Numbered from the stretch's first letter, positions 51,514 to 61,008 are shown. The stretch is DNA of 64,000 nucleotides from Candidatus Magasanikiibacteriota bacterium (GCA_018651085.1 JABIEQ010000002.1:87783-151782); one strand, 5' to 3'. Numbers and translations are program-made. Notes: generated by a model from the letters alone, not told the origin.

Positions 51514-54500
51514 ATGATTATATGCAAACGTATGGTGGGGATTCGTTTGACTGGAGTTATTGTACTATGTGCTCTTCTTTTTCCTATTCAAGTATTTGCG
51601 TCTTTAGAATTTAAGACGTCTATTGATACTGACTTAATTACTCTTCCTGAAGATGTTCATGAGTATAATCGTTTGTTTGAAGAATATCTTTCTCAAGAAA
51701 AGAATAGTGAGTTGTCTTTTCTTAAAGTTAAAGAGCGTTCTTTAATAGATCCTATCGTTCAAAAACACTTTCGTGATGGTCTTTTAATAAATGATGTCAA
51801 AGAACAGATTGATGCTGCTTCTTTATTTACTGATTTATCTGTACAGCAACCAGTTTTTCCCATATATAAGCATGCATTACCATTATCTCCTTTTTTATCA
51901 CCATCCGTTTCATCGTTGTCTTCGTTAGATCGATATTTATTTTCTCCTTTAATAAAAAATGCAGGGGGTTCTTCTTTTGATAATGCTTCTTTATCTTTTT
52001 TTACTATTCCATCTGTCCATGCTGATGATGATTTATTGATACCATATTATACAGATATTGAGACTTCTCCAGTTGATTTTCTTCTTTATTATATTTCTCA
52101 GTATCAAAATAGCGATGGGAGTGTTGGTAATTCTCGACAATATGAGTTTACTGTTCGTTTAGCTATGATATTAAGTCAGTTTCAAAAGACTGATAATGAT
52201 CAATATACACTCATGCTTGGTTATCTTCGTGATACTGAACCAGTGACTGTGAGGGAAAAAGCATTACAAGTACGCTTTTTGATGCATATTGGTGACCCTT
52301 ATGAAGATATTCTTCATGAAATTACGTCACTACAAAAAAATGATGGGGGTTTTCCTCTTTCTCCTTCACTTGATGTGAGTGATATTGAAACGACTCTTGA
52401 GGTTGCGCTTTCTTTTTTAGCAGCTGACCATGGACTTGATGATTCTTTGCCTTTGGCACTTTATTATGTTGTTTCTTCGATTCCTGAAGATGGTGGTATG
52501 TTTTATGGGCGTGATGCATTGTATAGTGATCCAAATTATCCACTTATAAATAAGACCGTACAAATGTTACAACCATTTGAAGCGTTTACTCTTCGAATTA
52601 ATAATGAAGATGTTGTGATATCTGAAATTATTGATTCTTTGTTTTCTTTTGTTGTAGGTGGGTATGAAGAAAATAGTGGGTTTTCTTCTCATGGTTTTTT
52701 TAATGATGTTAGTACGCTTTATACATTGCATGTGTATGGTGAGTATAATGATTTATATACATTTCTTTTTGATACAAGTAAATCTTATCAAAAGGTAGAT
52801 GGATCAGTGGGTGCTTCTTTTGAAGAAATTTTAGTATCTCTTCAGGGCTTTTCTCAACCTGATCTTGTTGTATCTGATATGCAATTTGTGGGGGATAGGA
52901 TAAGTGGGGAAGATGCGTCTATGCGTATAACTATTCAAAACAATGGATACGTCCGTCCAAAAGATGGGATACTTCATGTGTTTGTTGATAATGTTGACAT
53001 TGGACTTCAGCTTTCTTTATCTCAATCTGATGTAGAGGCTCTTTCTTTTAGAAATAGTCATACTATTGTTTTTGATATTCCTTTTTCATATACGAAACGA
53101 TTTTTAGGGAACACATCTTTTCAAGTGTATCTTGAGTCTAAAAATGATATGACACCAATTGATAATTGGTTATCGAGGTCTTTTTCTTTTGCTTCATCAA
53201 TTGATAGTTCTCCATCTTTCCCACTATATTATTCAGCGTTTGCTTCATCATTTCAGGGTGGTCCTTCTTTGACTTTTTCTTTATATGATCGAGAAGATCA
53301 AAACCGGGTGGGGTATGTATTAGGAGTACGTGAACTTGGTGAAGAAACTTGGTCTACATATGTAGTAAATGTTGAACAATATATTGTTGGAGGAATATTT
53401 TCTGAAGGGACTACCTATGAAGTCATTGTAGGAGTATTTGGAGATAATCAAGAAGTATTATTTTTTCCCGAAGAAGAGATTACAACTATTCGTATGAGTG
53501 CTACGCCTGAAATATATGAAGGGAGTATAAAAGGGGATGTTCGTGTTGATAATCTATTGTCTTCCCCTCAAATATTTGTGCAGGGTGGATCATCTATATA
53601 TGTAGAAAATGGTGAATTTGAGGCAAGGGTGCCAAATGGTTCTATTATGGCTTGGGTACAGGAAGATCAATATGATGCGGTGCGCTATCGATTTAATGTA
53701 TCTTCTGCTGAAATTGTTGACGATGCTCGACTGTTTTCTCACTTATCGTTTGATGATGAGTCGCCTACCATAACAAGTTTTGGGTTATCTCCTTTTTTTG
53801 ATGGAGTTCTTTTTAATCAGGGTATTGTAACTATGACGGTGCAAGCTCAAGATACTTTGGCACTTGATTCTGTTGATATTTTTTATTTTGATCCGGATGA
53901 ATCACTATGGTTGTATGTAACAACGGCTTCTTTTTTAGGAGAGCAATCACGTATTGATTGGTTTGTCCCACATACTTTTTTAGGAGAAGGGTATCAGTTT
54001 CGTGCAATTGCTCGGGATTTTAGAGGGAATGTATCTATTCCATTTGATGTGGATGTCACATCTATTCGTGATGGAACTCCACCTTCTTTTTCATTTAGTA
54101 CTCCTGTTAGTAGTACTGTGTGGCAGTTGGGGGAAGAGCATTCTATTTCTTGGGAAACACAAGCTATTAATAATGTTAATGATGTTACTATTGATCTTTT
54201 GTATGGAGAATACGTTGAGCCTATTTATCGGTCTCGTGAAAATACAGGGGAGTATCTTTGGTCTATTCCGTATGACATGTCTTACGCATCTGACGATGTG
54301 TATCTTCGTGTGTCAGGAGAAGATAATGAAAATTATCGTCTTGGTGTTCAATATACAACATCTTCTTTTCATATTGTTGATCCATCTTCTTTTGTAGATG
54401 CCCCTTGGGGAAATCCTGTCGTTGTAACAGATACTCTTCGTGATGAGTTTTATGGTGGACGATATTATGACGTTGTAAGTGCTTATGACGATGCTGGTAT

Positions 54501-56919
54501 TCTTCATGTAGTGTATCAATTTATTCGTGACGAGTTAGGTGATACACGTATACTTACGCAACAATTACATTATCTTACTTTTTTTGAAAATACATGGTCT
54601 TCCCCTCAGATTATATTTGAAGAACAAATTGAAACAGATAATTCTCTTACAGGGTATCGATCTATTAGTGATATGCAAATGCTTGTGGGCACTGACGCTT
54701 TTCCACGATTGCTTTGGCGGCAGGGACTTAGTCAAGGTTGTGAGTCTTTGAACACTCAAGATATCTTTTTTATGGAATATGTAGGTGACACTTGGTCTGA
54801 TGTTATGAATGTGTCTTCTAATGAAACTGATTCTCGTCAACCAGATATGACTATTAGTGATATGGGTGTGGTTACATTTATTTGGTCTGATGGTCCGGCT
54901 TGGACAGAGACCTGTGATTTTATTGGTGAACAAGGGTTGTCTTATGTGTCTTATGATAATGGTGAATGGGGAAGTATGACATCTCTTTTTGAAGGAACAT
55001 ATCCAAGTAAACCGCAACTTGTTTCATTAGGTGGAAATGATATTGATGTTGTGTATAGAAGTGGGGATGTTGGGGAACTTGCTCATGTTCGTTTTTCTAA
55101 TAATGCATGGTCTCTTCCAGATTATTTTATGAGTGCACGATCTGAAACACCGCAACTTGTTTTAGGAGAAAATGGAACACTTCATTATGTATTTCGTGAA
55201 TTTCATTTTCGTACTCAACCTGTACGTAGTCGTATTGTATATGCTTATTTTGATGGGGATCATTGGTCAACGGAAGAAGTATCGCCCATTGTAGACGGGT
55301 ATGAGGTGTTTTATCCGTCTATTATGCTTGATGGTACAAATAGTCCATATATTATGTATGAACGTCGTAATACTGAGAATCAGCGGCGTGATGGGGTGTT
55401 TTTGAGCCAATCTCCGGGTGGAGAATGGCTTACACCTATATCTATACAAAGGGACTCTCAATTTCTTACCTCTGGTACATTAAATACAAATATAAGCTCT
55501 CTTGGCCAGGTGTCTGCTTTATGGCTGGGGTCATATCAATTTCATCCAGAGATATTTTATAATCAGGCAGATGTTTCTCGTGGAGATTCCACCATAAGAT
55601 CATTTGGGGTGTCAGAAAATGTTATATTTACTAATAGTAGCGCAACACAAACTATACAATTTGTATTAGATGATGCTCGAGATGTCGATGAAGTTCGTTT
55701 TTTGTGTAATCATCGATATCATCGTGAACAAGATAATCCTGCTTGTGGGTATATACAGATTGTACGTGATCCTGATACTTATGAATATACTCCTCAATTG
55801 TATACGGCAGGTTTTGGAAATGATGTCATGGATTTAAAGATGGATGATTTTTCTTATACGTATCATCATGATGGTTCTCTTTCTTTTTCTATTCCTTTTA
55901 CACTTTCTCCAGCATTTGGTGAATATACTAATAATATTTTTTCTGTTATTTGGTATGAACATGAAAATGAGTATGTTCGTGGATGGTTTGCAAGCCCTGA
56001 GCGGTTTGATACGTATCTTGACGAAAATGTTCTTCCTCCACCTGTTGTTGGTGAGATTTCTTTTTTAAAGGATACTGTTTTAGCAAATGATAGTGATATA
56101 CAGTTTAGTACTGTTACATTTCAATATGGTGAGCCCGTTGATGAGTTTCGATTGTATATAAATCATGACTGGTACGCTGATAACGATAATCCACGTGGGG
56201 GGCTTTTCTTGTGGCGACGTGAGGATGATGTATTTATGGAATTAGGTGGAAATAATTATGGAGGAGATATCGTTACTCTTTTACCTGAGTTATCTTCTTC
56301 TTTTTTGGATGAAGATACACATGAACGTACTATCGTATTTGCTTGGAGTTTGTCTCCTACGTACCCACAAACAGAAGGGCATACTCTTTCTTATCTCTGG
56401 CAAGATCTGGATATTGCATATTCTTCTGGGTGGAAACATTTATTAGATGAATCGTTTCGTGTTGTATCTGATGATGATTATATTCCACCAGCTCTTCTTG
56501 ACTCAGTACAAGTATTGAAAGAATTTGTAGCACGAAATAATATAGATACTCAAGAAGTTACGTTTGTATTTTCTTCTGGTGAACAGGTGGACGATGTTCG
56601 ATTATATATTAATCATGATTGGTATCCTGATAACGATAATCCACGTGGTGGCCTTTTTATTTGGCGACGAGAAAGTAATAGTTTTTCTGAGCTTGGTGGA
56701 AATAATTATGGATCTCAATTGGTTACTCTTTTGCCTGATTCTCACGTTGTCATTGATGAAGAAAGTGGGGAAGTGCGTGTTACATTTATTTGGTCTATTT
56801 TATCTGATTATCCTATTTCTTTTAATAATACATTATCTTATTTATGGCAGGATAGTGATATATCCTATTCTTCAAATTGGAAACATGTAGAGGGCCAACA
56901 TTTTTCCATTATTGATTAG
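51514..56919 (+). CDS. Large acidic secreted multidomain protein (1801 aa)
   Basis: Signal peptide (QVFA); QNSDGS/QKNDGGF/QKVDGS prenyltransferase-like repeats; PDLVV CARDB-like; Ig/propeller-like region; C-terminal tandem repeats. Confidence 0.75.
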   Translation: MIICKRMVGIRLTGVIVLCALLFPIQVFASLEFKTSIDTDLITLPEDVHEYNRLFEEYLSQEKNSELSFLKVKERSLIDPIVQKHFRDGLLINDVKEQIDAASLFTDLSVQQPVFPIYKHALPLSPFLSPSVSSLSSLDRYLFSPLIKNAGGSSFDNASLSFFTIPSVHADDDLLIPYYTDIETSPVDFLLYYISQYQNSDGSVGNSRQYEFTVRLAMILSQFQKTDNDQYTLMLGYLRDTEPVTVREKALQVRFLMHIGDPYEDILHEITSLQKNDGGFPLSPSLDVSDIETTLEVALSFLAADHGLDDSLPLALYYVVSSIPEDGGMFYGRDALYSDPNYPLINKTVQMLQPFEAFTLRINNEDVVISEIIDSLFSFVVGGYEENSGFSSHGFFNDVSTLYTLHVYGEYNDLYTFLFDTSKSYQKVDGSVGASFEEILVSLQGFSQPDLVVSDMQFVGDRISGEDASMRITIQNNGYVRPKDGILHVFVDNVDIGLQLSLSQSDVEALSFRNSHTIVFDIPFSYTKRFLGNTSFQVYLESKNDMTPIDNWLSRSFSFASSIDSSPSFPLYYSAFASSFQGGPSLTFSLYDREDQNRVGYVLGVRELGEETWSTYVVNVEQYIVGGIFSEGTTYEVIVGVFGDNQEVLFFPEEEITTIRMSATPEIYEGSIKGDVRVDNLLSSPQIFVQGGSSIYVENGEFEARVPNGSIMAWVQEDQYDAVRYRFNVSSAEIVDDARLFSHLSFDDESPTITSFGLSPFFDGVLFNQGIVTMTVQAQDTLALDSVDIFYFDPDESLWLYVTTASFLGEQSRIDWFVPHTFLGEGYQFRAIARDFRGNVSIPFDVDVTSIRDGTPPSFSFSTPVSSTVWQLGEEHSISWETQAINNVNDVTIDLLYGEYVEPIYRSRENTGEYLWSIPYDMSYASDDVYLRVSGEDNENYRLGVQYTTSSFHIVDPSSFVDAPWGNPVVVTDTLRDEFYGGRYYDVVSAYDDAGILHVVYQFIRDELGDTRILTQQLHYLTFFENTWSSPQIIFEEQIETDNSLTGYRSISDMQMLVGTDAFPRLLWRQGLSQGCESLNTQDIFFMEYVGDTWSDVMNVSSNETDSRQPDMTISDMGVVTFIWSDGPAWTETCDFIGEQGLSYVSYDNGEWGSMTSLFEGTYPSKPQLVSLGGNDIDVVYRSGDVGELAHVRFSNNAWSLPDYFMSARSETPQLVLGENGTLHYVFREFHFRTQPVRSRIVYAYFDGDHWSTEEVSPIVDGYEVFYPSIMLDGTNSPYIMYERRNTENQRRDGVFLSQSPGGEWLTPISIQRDSQFLTSGTLNTNISSLGQVSALWLGSYQFHPEIFYNQADVSRGDSTIRSFGVSENVIFTNSSATQTIQFVLDDARDVDEVRFLCNHRYHREQDNPACGYIQIVRDPDTYEYTPQLYTAGFGNDVMDLKMDDFSYTYHHDGSLSFSIPFTLSPAFGEYTNNIFSVIWYEHENEYVRGWFASPERFDTYLDENVLPPPVVGEISFLKDTVLANDSDIQFSTVTFQYGEPVDEFRLYINHDWYADNDNPRGGLFLWRREDDVFMELGGNNYGGDIVTLLPELSSSFLDEDTHERTIVFAWSLSPTYPQTEGHTLSYLWQDLDIAYSSGWKHLLDESFRVVSDDDYIPPALLDSVQVLKEFVARNNIDTQEVTFVFSSGEQVDDVRLYINHDWYPDNDNPRGGLFIWRRESNSFSELGGNNYGSQLVTLLPDSHVVIDEESGEVRVTFIWSILSDYPISFNNTLSYLWQDSDISYSSNWKHVEGQHFSIID
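56030..56919 (+). repeat. Two ~145-aa tandem intragenic repeats
   Basis: RLYINHDWY.DNDNPRGGLF.WRRE...ELGGNNYG and TLSYLWQD.DI.YSS.WKH occur twice. Confidence 0.9.
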
Positions 56920-57127
56920 GTATATCTATTTGATATATGATTTTTTTCTGTTTTTTGGCTAAAATATGGGTGTTTTTTGGTTATTTCTCTTGACAAAATC
57001 ATCAATATGTGAGATACTGCGGTCGCTAGTTTATAATGGTTTGCCGCATACATATTTTAGGGAAAATATAGGTGGCACACTTATCGTATACGAGTGTCAC
57101 TTAATTTACCTATAATATTGCACCTTT

Positions 57128-58846
57128 ATGGCAACATTTATAGAGCTGGGTCTCAACCCAGCCATTCTTCAGGCGCTTACTGACCTTGGGTTTAGTGAAC
57201 CAACGCCTATTCAACAAAAGAGTATTCCTCATATTTTAACGAATACTCAAGACCTTATTGCCTTTGCTCAGACGGGTACAGGAAAAACGGCAGCATTTTG
57301 TTTGCCGGTTATTCATAATATTGATGAGACATCAAACGAGGTACAAGCCCTTGTTCTTTGCCCTACACGGGAATTGTGTCTTCAAATTACTAAAGACATT
57401 ACGTCTTTTACAAAGCATATGCCAAATGTTGGTGTTGTTGCAGTGTACGGGGGAGACCCAGTATATAAACAACTCCAAGCATTAAAGAAAAAACCGCAAA
57501 TTGTTGTGGGTACTCCGGGTCGTGTTGCTGACTTTGTTCGAAAAAACAAAGTTGATTTTAGTACAGTTCGTTTTGCTATTCTTGACGAAGCTGATGAAAT
57601 GTTGAACATGGGATTTAAAGAAGAGCTTGATCAAATCTTGGGAGCTACTCCTAAAGATAAGCAAACACTTCTTTTTTCTGCAACCATGCCAAAAACTGTT
57701 GATCGTATTGCGAAAAAATACATGAACAATCCTTTAGAAATTTCTGTTGCAGGTAGAAATCAAGGAGCTTCTAACGTGAGCCATGTGTATTATCAAGCGC
57801 ATCCACGTGATAGGTATCATGTGCTTCGCCGTATTGTAGATATGAATTCTGATATGTATGGTATCGTATTTTGTCGAACAAGAAACGATTGTAAGGAACT
57901 TGTGACAAAGCTTGTAGGAGATAGTTATGCAGCTGAAGCTATTCATGGGGAATTAGATCAAAATCAACGAGAAAAGGTTATGACTCGTTTTCGTAAGCAA
58001 AAAACTAAGTTGCTTATTGCAACGGATGTTGCTGCTCGTGGTATTGATGTAAAAAATCTTACACATGTTATCAATTTTGCTCTTCCTGATCAACTTGAAA
58101 GTTATGTTCATAGAAGTGGAAGAACTGGTCGAGCTGGAAATGATGGTGTATCAATTGCTTTTGTCTCAAATCGAGAACTTCGAAGTATTGGTACTCTTGA
58201 GCGACATATGAATAAAAAATTTGAACGTGGAATGATTCCAACGGGAGAAGATGTATGTAAAAAACAGCTTTTTGAGCTTATTGAAAAAGTGAAAGCCGTT
58301 GATGTTGATGAGTCACACATTGATACATATCTTGAAGAAGTATATGAAAAATTGTCTCATTTTGACCGTGAAACTATTATTAAAAACTTTGTATCTTTAG
58401 AATTTAGTCGCGTGTTATCTTTTTATAAAGGTGCAAGAGACTTGAATGGCTCACAATCATCAAGACGAGATGATCGATCAGTGGGAAATAAAGATTTAAA
58501 AACCCTTAAGGTAAATTTAGGAAAAAAAGATGCCTTTAAGGTTGTTGACTTGTTTGGACTTTTAAATCGGCATAGAAAGTTAAAGGGAGCAAAAGTTGGA
58601 AATATTCATATCCAAGAATCAAGTACGTTATTTGAAATTGATCAATCTCTTGTAAATGAGATTTTGATTTGTTTTAATAAGGCGCATTTTAATAGACGAA
58701 AAGTGATTGTTGGGGAAGGTGAACAGATTCAACGATATGCCCCTTCTCGTGAGCGATCACGTCATAGTCGTGGATCTTCTCGACGACGTGCAACAAGCCC
58801 TTCTCGTACCCGTGGAAATTATAAACAATCACGCGGACGACGATAA
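57128..58846 (+). CDS. DEAD-box RNA helicase, DeaD/CsdA-like
   Basis: Q motif, AQTGTGKT, PTREL, DEAD, SAT, HRSGRTGRAG, C-terminal DbpA-type domain and RS-rich tail. Confidence 0.95.
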   Translation: MATFIELGLNPAILQALTDLGFSEPTPIQQKSIPHILTNTQDLIAFAQTGTGKTAAFCLPVIHNIDETSNEVQALVLCPTRELCLQITKDITSFTKHMPNVGVVAVYGGDPVYKQLQALKKKPQIVVGTPGRVADFVRKNKVDFSTVRFAILDEADEMLNMGFKEELDQILGATPKDKQTLLFSATMPKTVDRIAKKYMNNPLEISVAGRNQGASNVSHVYYQAHPRDRYHVLRRIVDMNSDMYGIVFCRTRNDCKELVTKLVGDSYAAEAIHGELDQNQREKVMTRFRKQKTKLLIATDVAARGIDVKNLTHVINFALPDQLESYVHRSGRTGRAGNDGVSIAFVSNRELRSIGTLERHMNKKFERGMIPTGEDVCKKQLFELIEKVKAVDVDESHIDTYLEEVYEKLSHFDRETIIKNFVSLEFSRVLSFYKGARDLNGSQSSRRDDRSVGNKDLKTLKVNLGKKDAFKVVDLFGLLNRHRKLKGAKVGNIHIQESSTLFEIDQSLVNEILICFNKAHFNRRKVIVGEGEQIQRYAPSRERSRHSRGSSRRRATSPSRTRGNYKQSRGRR

Positions 58847-58861
58847 AACATTTTATTTTTT

Positions 58862-58890
58862 AAAAGCCCTACATCATGTAGGGCTTTTTT
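58862..58890 (+). terminator. Terminator after helicase
   Basis: AAAAGCCCTACA-tca-TGTAGGGCTTTTTT. Confidence 0.85.
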
Positions 58891-58963
58891 TATATTTGAC
58901 TGATATGTTATGTTTGTGTTAATTTATGGTTTCTTGTTCTTTCATGCTTAACGGAGGGTAAAG

Positions 58964-59398
58964 ATGCAACATTGTCCAAAATGCGCTGGGAACGTCTTGT
59001 TTGATGAATCATCAAGTGAGTGGTGGTGTTTCCACTGTGATTCTGATGGACTTAAAGGGAAGCCTGGGGTGAAGGCTTCTTCTTCTGTCGCAGAGGTCAA
59101 GTCCAGACTTGCTGCGGTGGAGTTCCAAAACCCAACGGGCAATTGGAGCTACGAAGGAGCCTACTCGGTTGAACTGACCGATCGCGCTGACATGAGCGTC
59201 GCCCCCGTGGGCAGTGAATTCCTCAAGATCGAGGGGAATCGAGTCGTCATCAGTGAAGGGCGCGCCATGCAGGGGATGGGAGGCATTCAGCTTTACGTGG
59301 AGGAATATCCCTTTTTTTTGGGATACGTCTGCCTCAAGTGCATTCGTAGAGGAGACGGCTTTCTCCTTTGGAAGAACAACAACTACGACAACATGTAG
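58964..59398 (+). CDS. Hypothetical protein with N-terminal zinc ribbon (GC-richer ORFan)
   Basis: CPKC...CFHC plus C-terminal CLKC; GGAGG upstream. Confidence 0.7.
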   Translation: MQHCPKCAGNVLFDESSSEWWCFHCDSDGLKGKPGVKASSSVAEVKSRLAAVEFQNPTGNWSYEGAYSVELTDRADMSVAPVGSEFLKIEGNRVVISEGRAMQGMGGIQLYVEEYPFFLGYVCLKCIRRGDGFLLWKNNNYDNM

Positions 59399-59465
59399 GA
59401 GGACGCTGTGAAAAATTCACGAGCACCACCCTGAGAGAACGTGTTTCACGATTCAATCGGGGGAC

Positions 59466-59499
59466 ATAAAAAATAACCGAATAATCGGTTATTTTTTAT
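59466..59499. terminator. Bidirectional terminator
   Basis: ATAAAAAATAACCGA-ataa-TCGGTTATTTTTTAT perfect stem. Confidence 0.8.
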
Positions 59500-59534
59500 T
59501 GACAAAAACTTTTTTTATGATATAATTTTGTTTT

Positions 59535-59959
59535 CTACTTTCTTATACCAACCTGCGGAGAATAATGGAACTCTTGCTTCTTTCGACAGATCGCGTTCCT
59601 TCGAAGTCACATATGACAGTATCTACGGTTCAGCCTCCTGAGGAGAGGAATACCCAAAATGAAGAGGTTGTACGAACCTCGACCATTGTGGGGGAGCCGA
59701 TTCGCCGATCGTACTGGTGTCTGCTTGCAGAGGCCATCAATCGCGGTATGGAGTAGTCCGGCTTTGGACGCTAAACTGAGTGTTGCGGAAACCTTTTCCC
59801 GTGTCCTAACCATTCTGGTTAGTTGATAAAGAAGGTGCGGTCGCTGAGTATCAAGTGACCCTGACATGACCATAGGTCTGCTCTTCCCACACATCGTGGG
59901 TAGAATGGCAAGGTTGTGTCGGGGAGAGTATAAAAATCATCTTATATAGGTGGTTTTTT
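59535..59959 (+). ncRNA. Candidate large structured RNA (contains a doubtful 63-aa ORF)
   Basis: TTGACA-16-TGnTATAAT promoter at 59499-59526; >12 nested stems; terminator 59932-59959. Confidence 0.5.
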
Positions 59960-59968
59960 GTTGTATAA

Positions 59969-60343
59969 AAAAAGACACCGTTTGAACGGTGTCTCGTTTA
60001 TAGGACTGATGGTACGGTATTAAAACTTATTTTTTAAACCAAGCAACAAGTACATAGGTCCAAAATACTATGAACCCTAGCCAAAAAAGCCAGGAATAAT
60101 TTATTAGAGCATCTGCAAATTGAATTCCAACAGCAATACCAAGACACAGTCCACCCCAACCAATAACCTTTAGCTCCCACCATTTCCAAGTTGTTTGTTT
60201 AAAAAGGTTCATATTATTTAGGCTAAATAAATTATATATAAACTATACCATAATTTAAAATTTTAAATAGATCCCTTATCTTCTTTATTTAGTAGAGAGG
60301 ATTAAGGAATAGAAAAAGACACCCTTTGAAAGGCGTCTCGTTT
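59969..60343. repeat. 31-bp direct repeat (duplicated terminator) flanking the 61-aa gene
   Basis: 59969-59999 vs 60313-60343, 28/31 identical. Confidence 0.8.
60027..60212 (-). CDS. Small 2-TM Trp-rich membrane protein (61 aa)
   Basis: Two hydrophobic helices, terminal KK, own terminator. Confidence 0.7.
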   Translation of the reverse strand: MNLFKQTTWKWWELKVIGWGGLCLGIAVGIQFADALINYSWLFWLGFIVFWTYVLVAWFKK

Positions 60344-60344
60344 G

Positions 60345-60418
60345 CGGACCGGACGGGATTCGAACCCGCAACTTCCGCCGTGACAGGGCGGTGCTCTAGC
60401 CAATTGAACTACCGGTCC
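60345..60418 (-). tRNA. tRNA-Asp(GTC)
   Basis: CCGCC-ctGTCac-GGCGG anticodon arm; GGACCGG/CCGGTCC acceptor. Confidence 0.97.
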
Positions 60419-60454
60419 AAATGTCTTATAAGACTATGCTTATAAGAATGGAAT

Positions 60455-60616
60455 TTATTTTGTTTTTTCTATTGCTTTTCCATGCATTGTAAGGTGGAGT
60501 TTTTCTCCAGCAGTCAGTGGTTTCAATGCTCGTTTCACCTTGTTTGCTGCTCGTTTAAGCCTATTCTTTTTTTCAGCAACAGCTGCGAGCATCTTGTTTC
60601 TTTTTCGTCTTCCCAT
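60455..60616 (-). CDS. Small very basic protein (53 aa), not in ORF track
   Basis: MGRRKRNKMLAAVAEKKNRLKRAANKVKRALKPLTAGEKLHLTMHGKAIEKTK; TTGACA-17-TATCAT promoter at 60670-60642. Confidence 0.7.
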   Translation of the reverse strand: MGRRKRNKMLAAVAEKKNRLKRAANKVKRALKPLTAGEKLHLTMHGKAIEKTK

Positions 60617-60706
60617 ACAGTTTCTTAAAGTTAACGTTCATATGATACACCAGGTATCTGTTAATGTCAATATATTGAATATGTGGAAAAGCCGGTTTTT
60701 TATAAA

Positions 60707-60816
60707 TAAAAAAACCGCTAGATGTCCAAGCCTGGCATGAGGGATGAAGGAGGGGGCATCCCCGCCTAGCTTGGACATACAACGGTCTTCGTTTTGATTG
60801 TTTTTTGTGTAACAAC
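60707..60816 (-). ncRNA. Candidate ~110-nt sRNA, long hairpin with CCCCCUCCUU loop
   Basis: TTGACA(60850-60845)-17-TATATT(60827-60822); ~30-bp interrupted stem ending in U7. Confidence 0.55.
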
Positions 60817-61008
60817 ACCTCAATATAACATGTATAGTTGCTCTTGTCAATAATTCCATGTGGATAAGTAAAAATATGTGTTTTTCCGTTGTTTAAGCCA
60901 TGTATTAGGTATAATTCTTTTTCTATTCTGTTTAATGAGACTTAACAAAATAATAACATTTTTTTATAAAAAAACCCTCACAATTTGTATTGTGAGGGAA
61001 TTGAGGTC

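Noticed and set aside
59624-59840. Group II intron remnant (TACGGTTC, GAGCCG, GTGCG)
   Set aside because: Domain V halves are in the wrong order and no domain VI or RT gene is seen.
59535-60816. Assigning the two candidate RNAs to RNase P, SRP or 6S RNA
   Set aside because: No GAGGAAAGUCC, no SRP GGAA-loop/AGCAG motif, no clear 6S central bubble; needs cmscan to exclude divergent forms.
60573-60859. Track ORFs 60573-60818 and 60638-60859
   Set aside because: They run through a U-tailed hairpin and a promoter and have no protein-like character.
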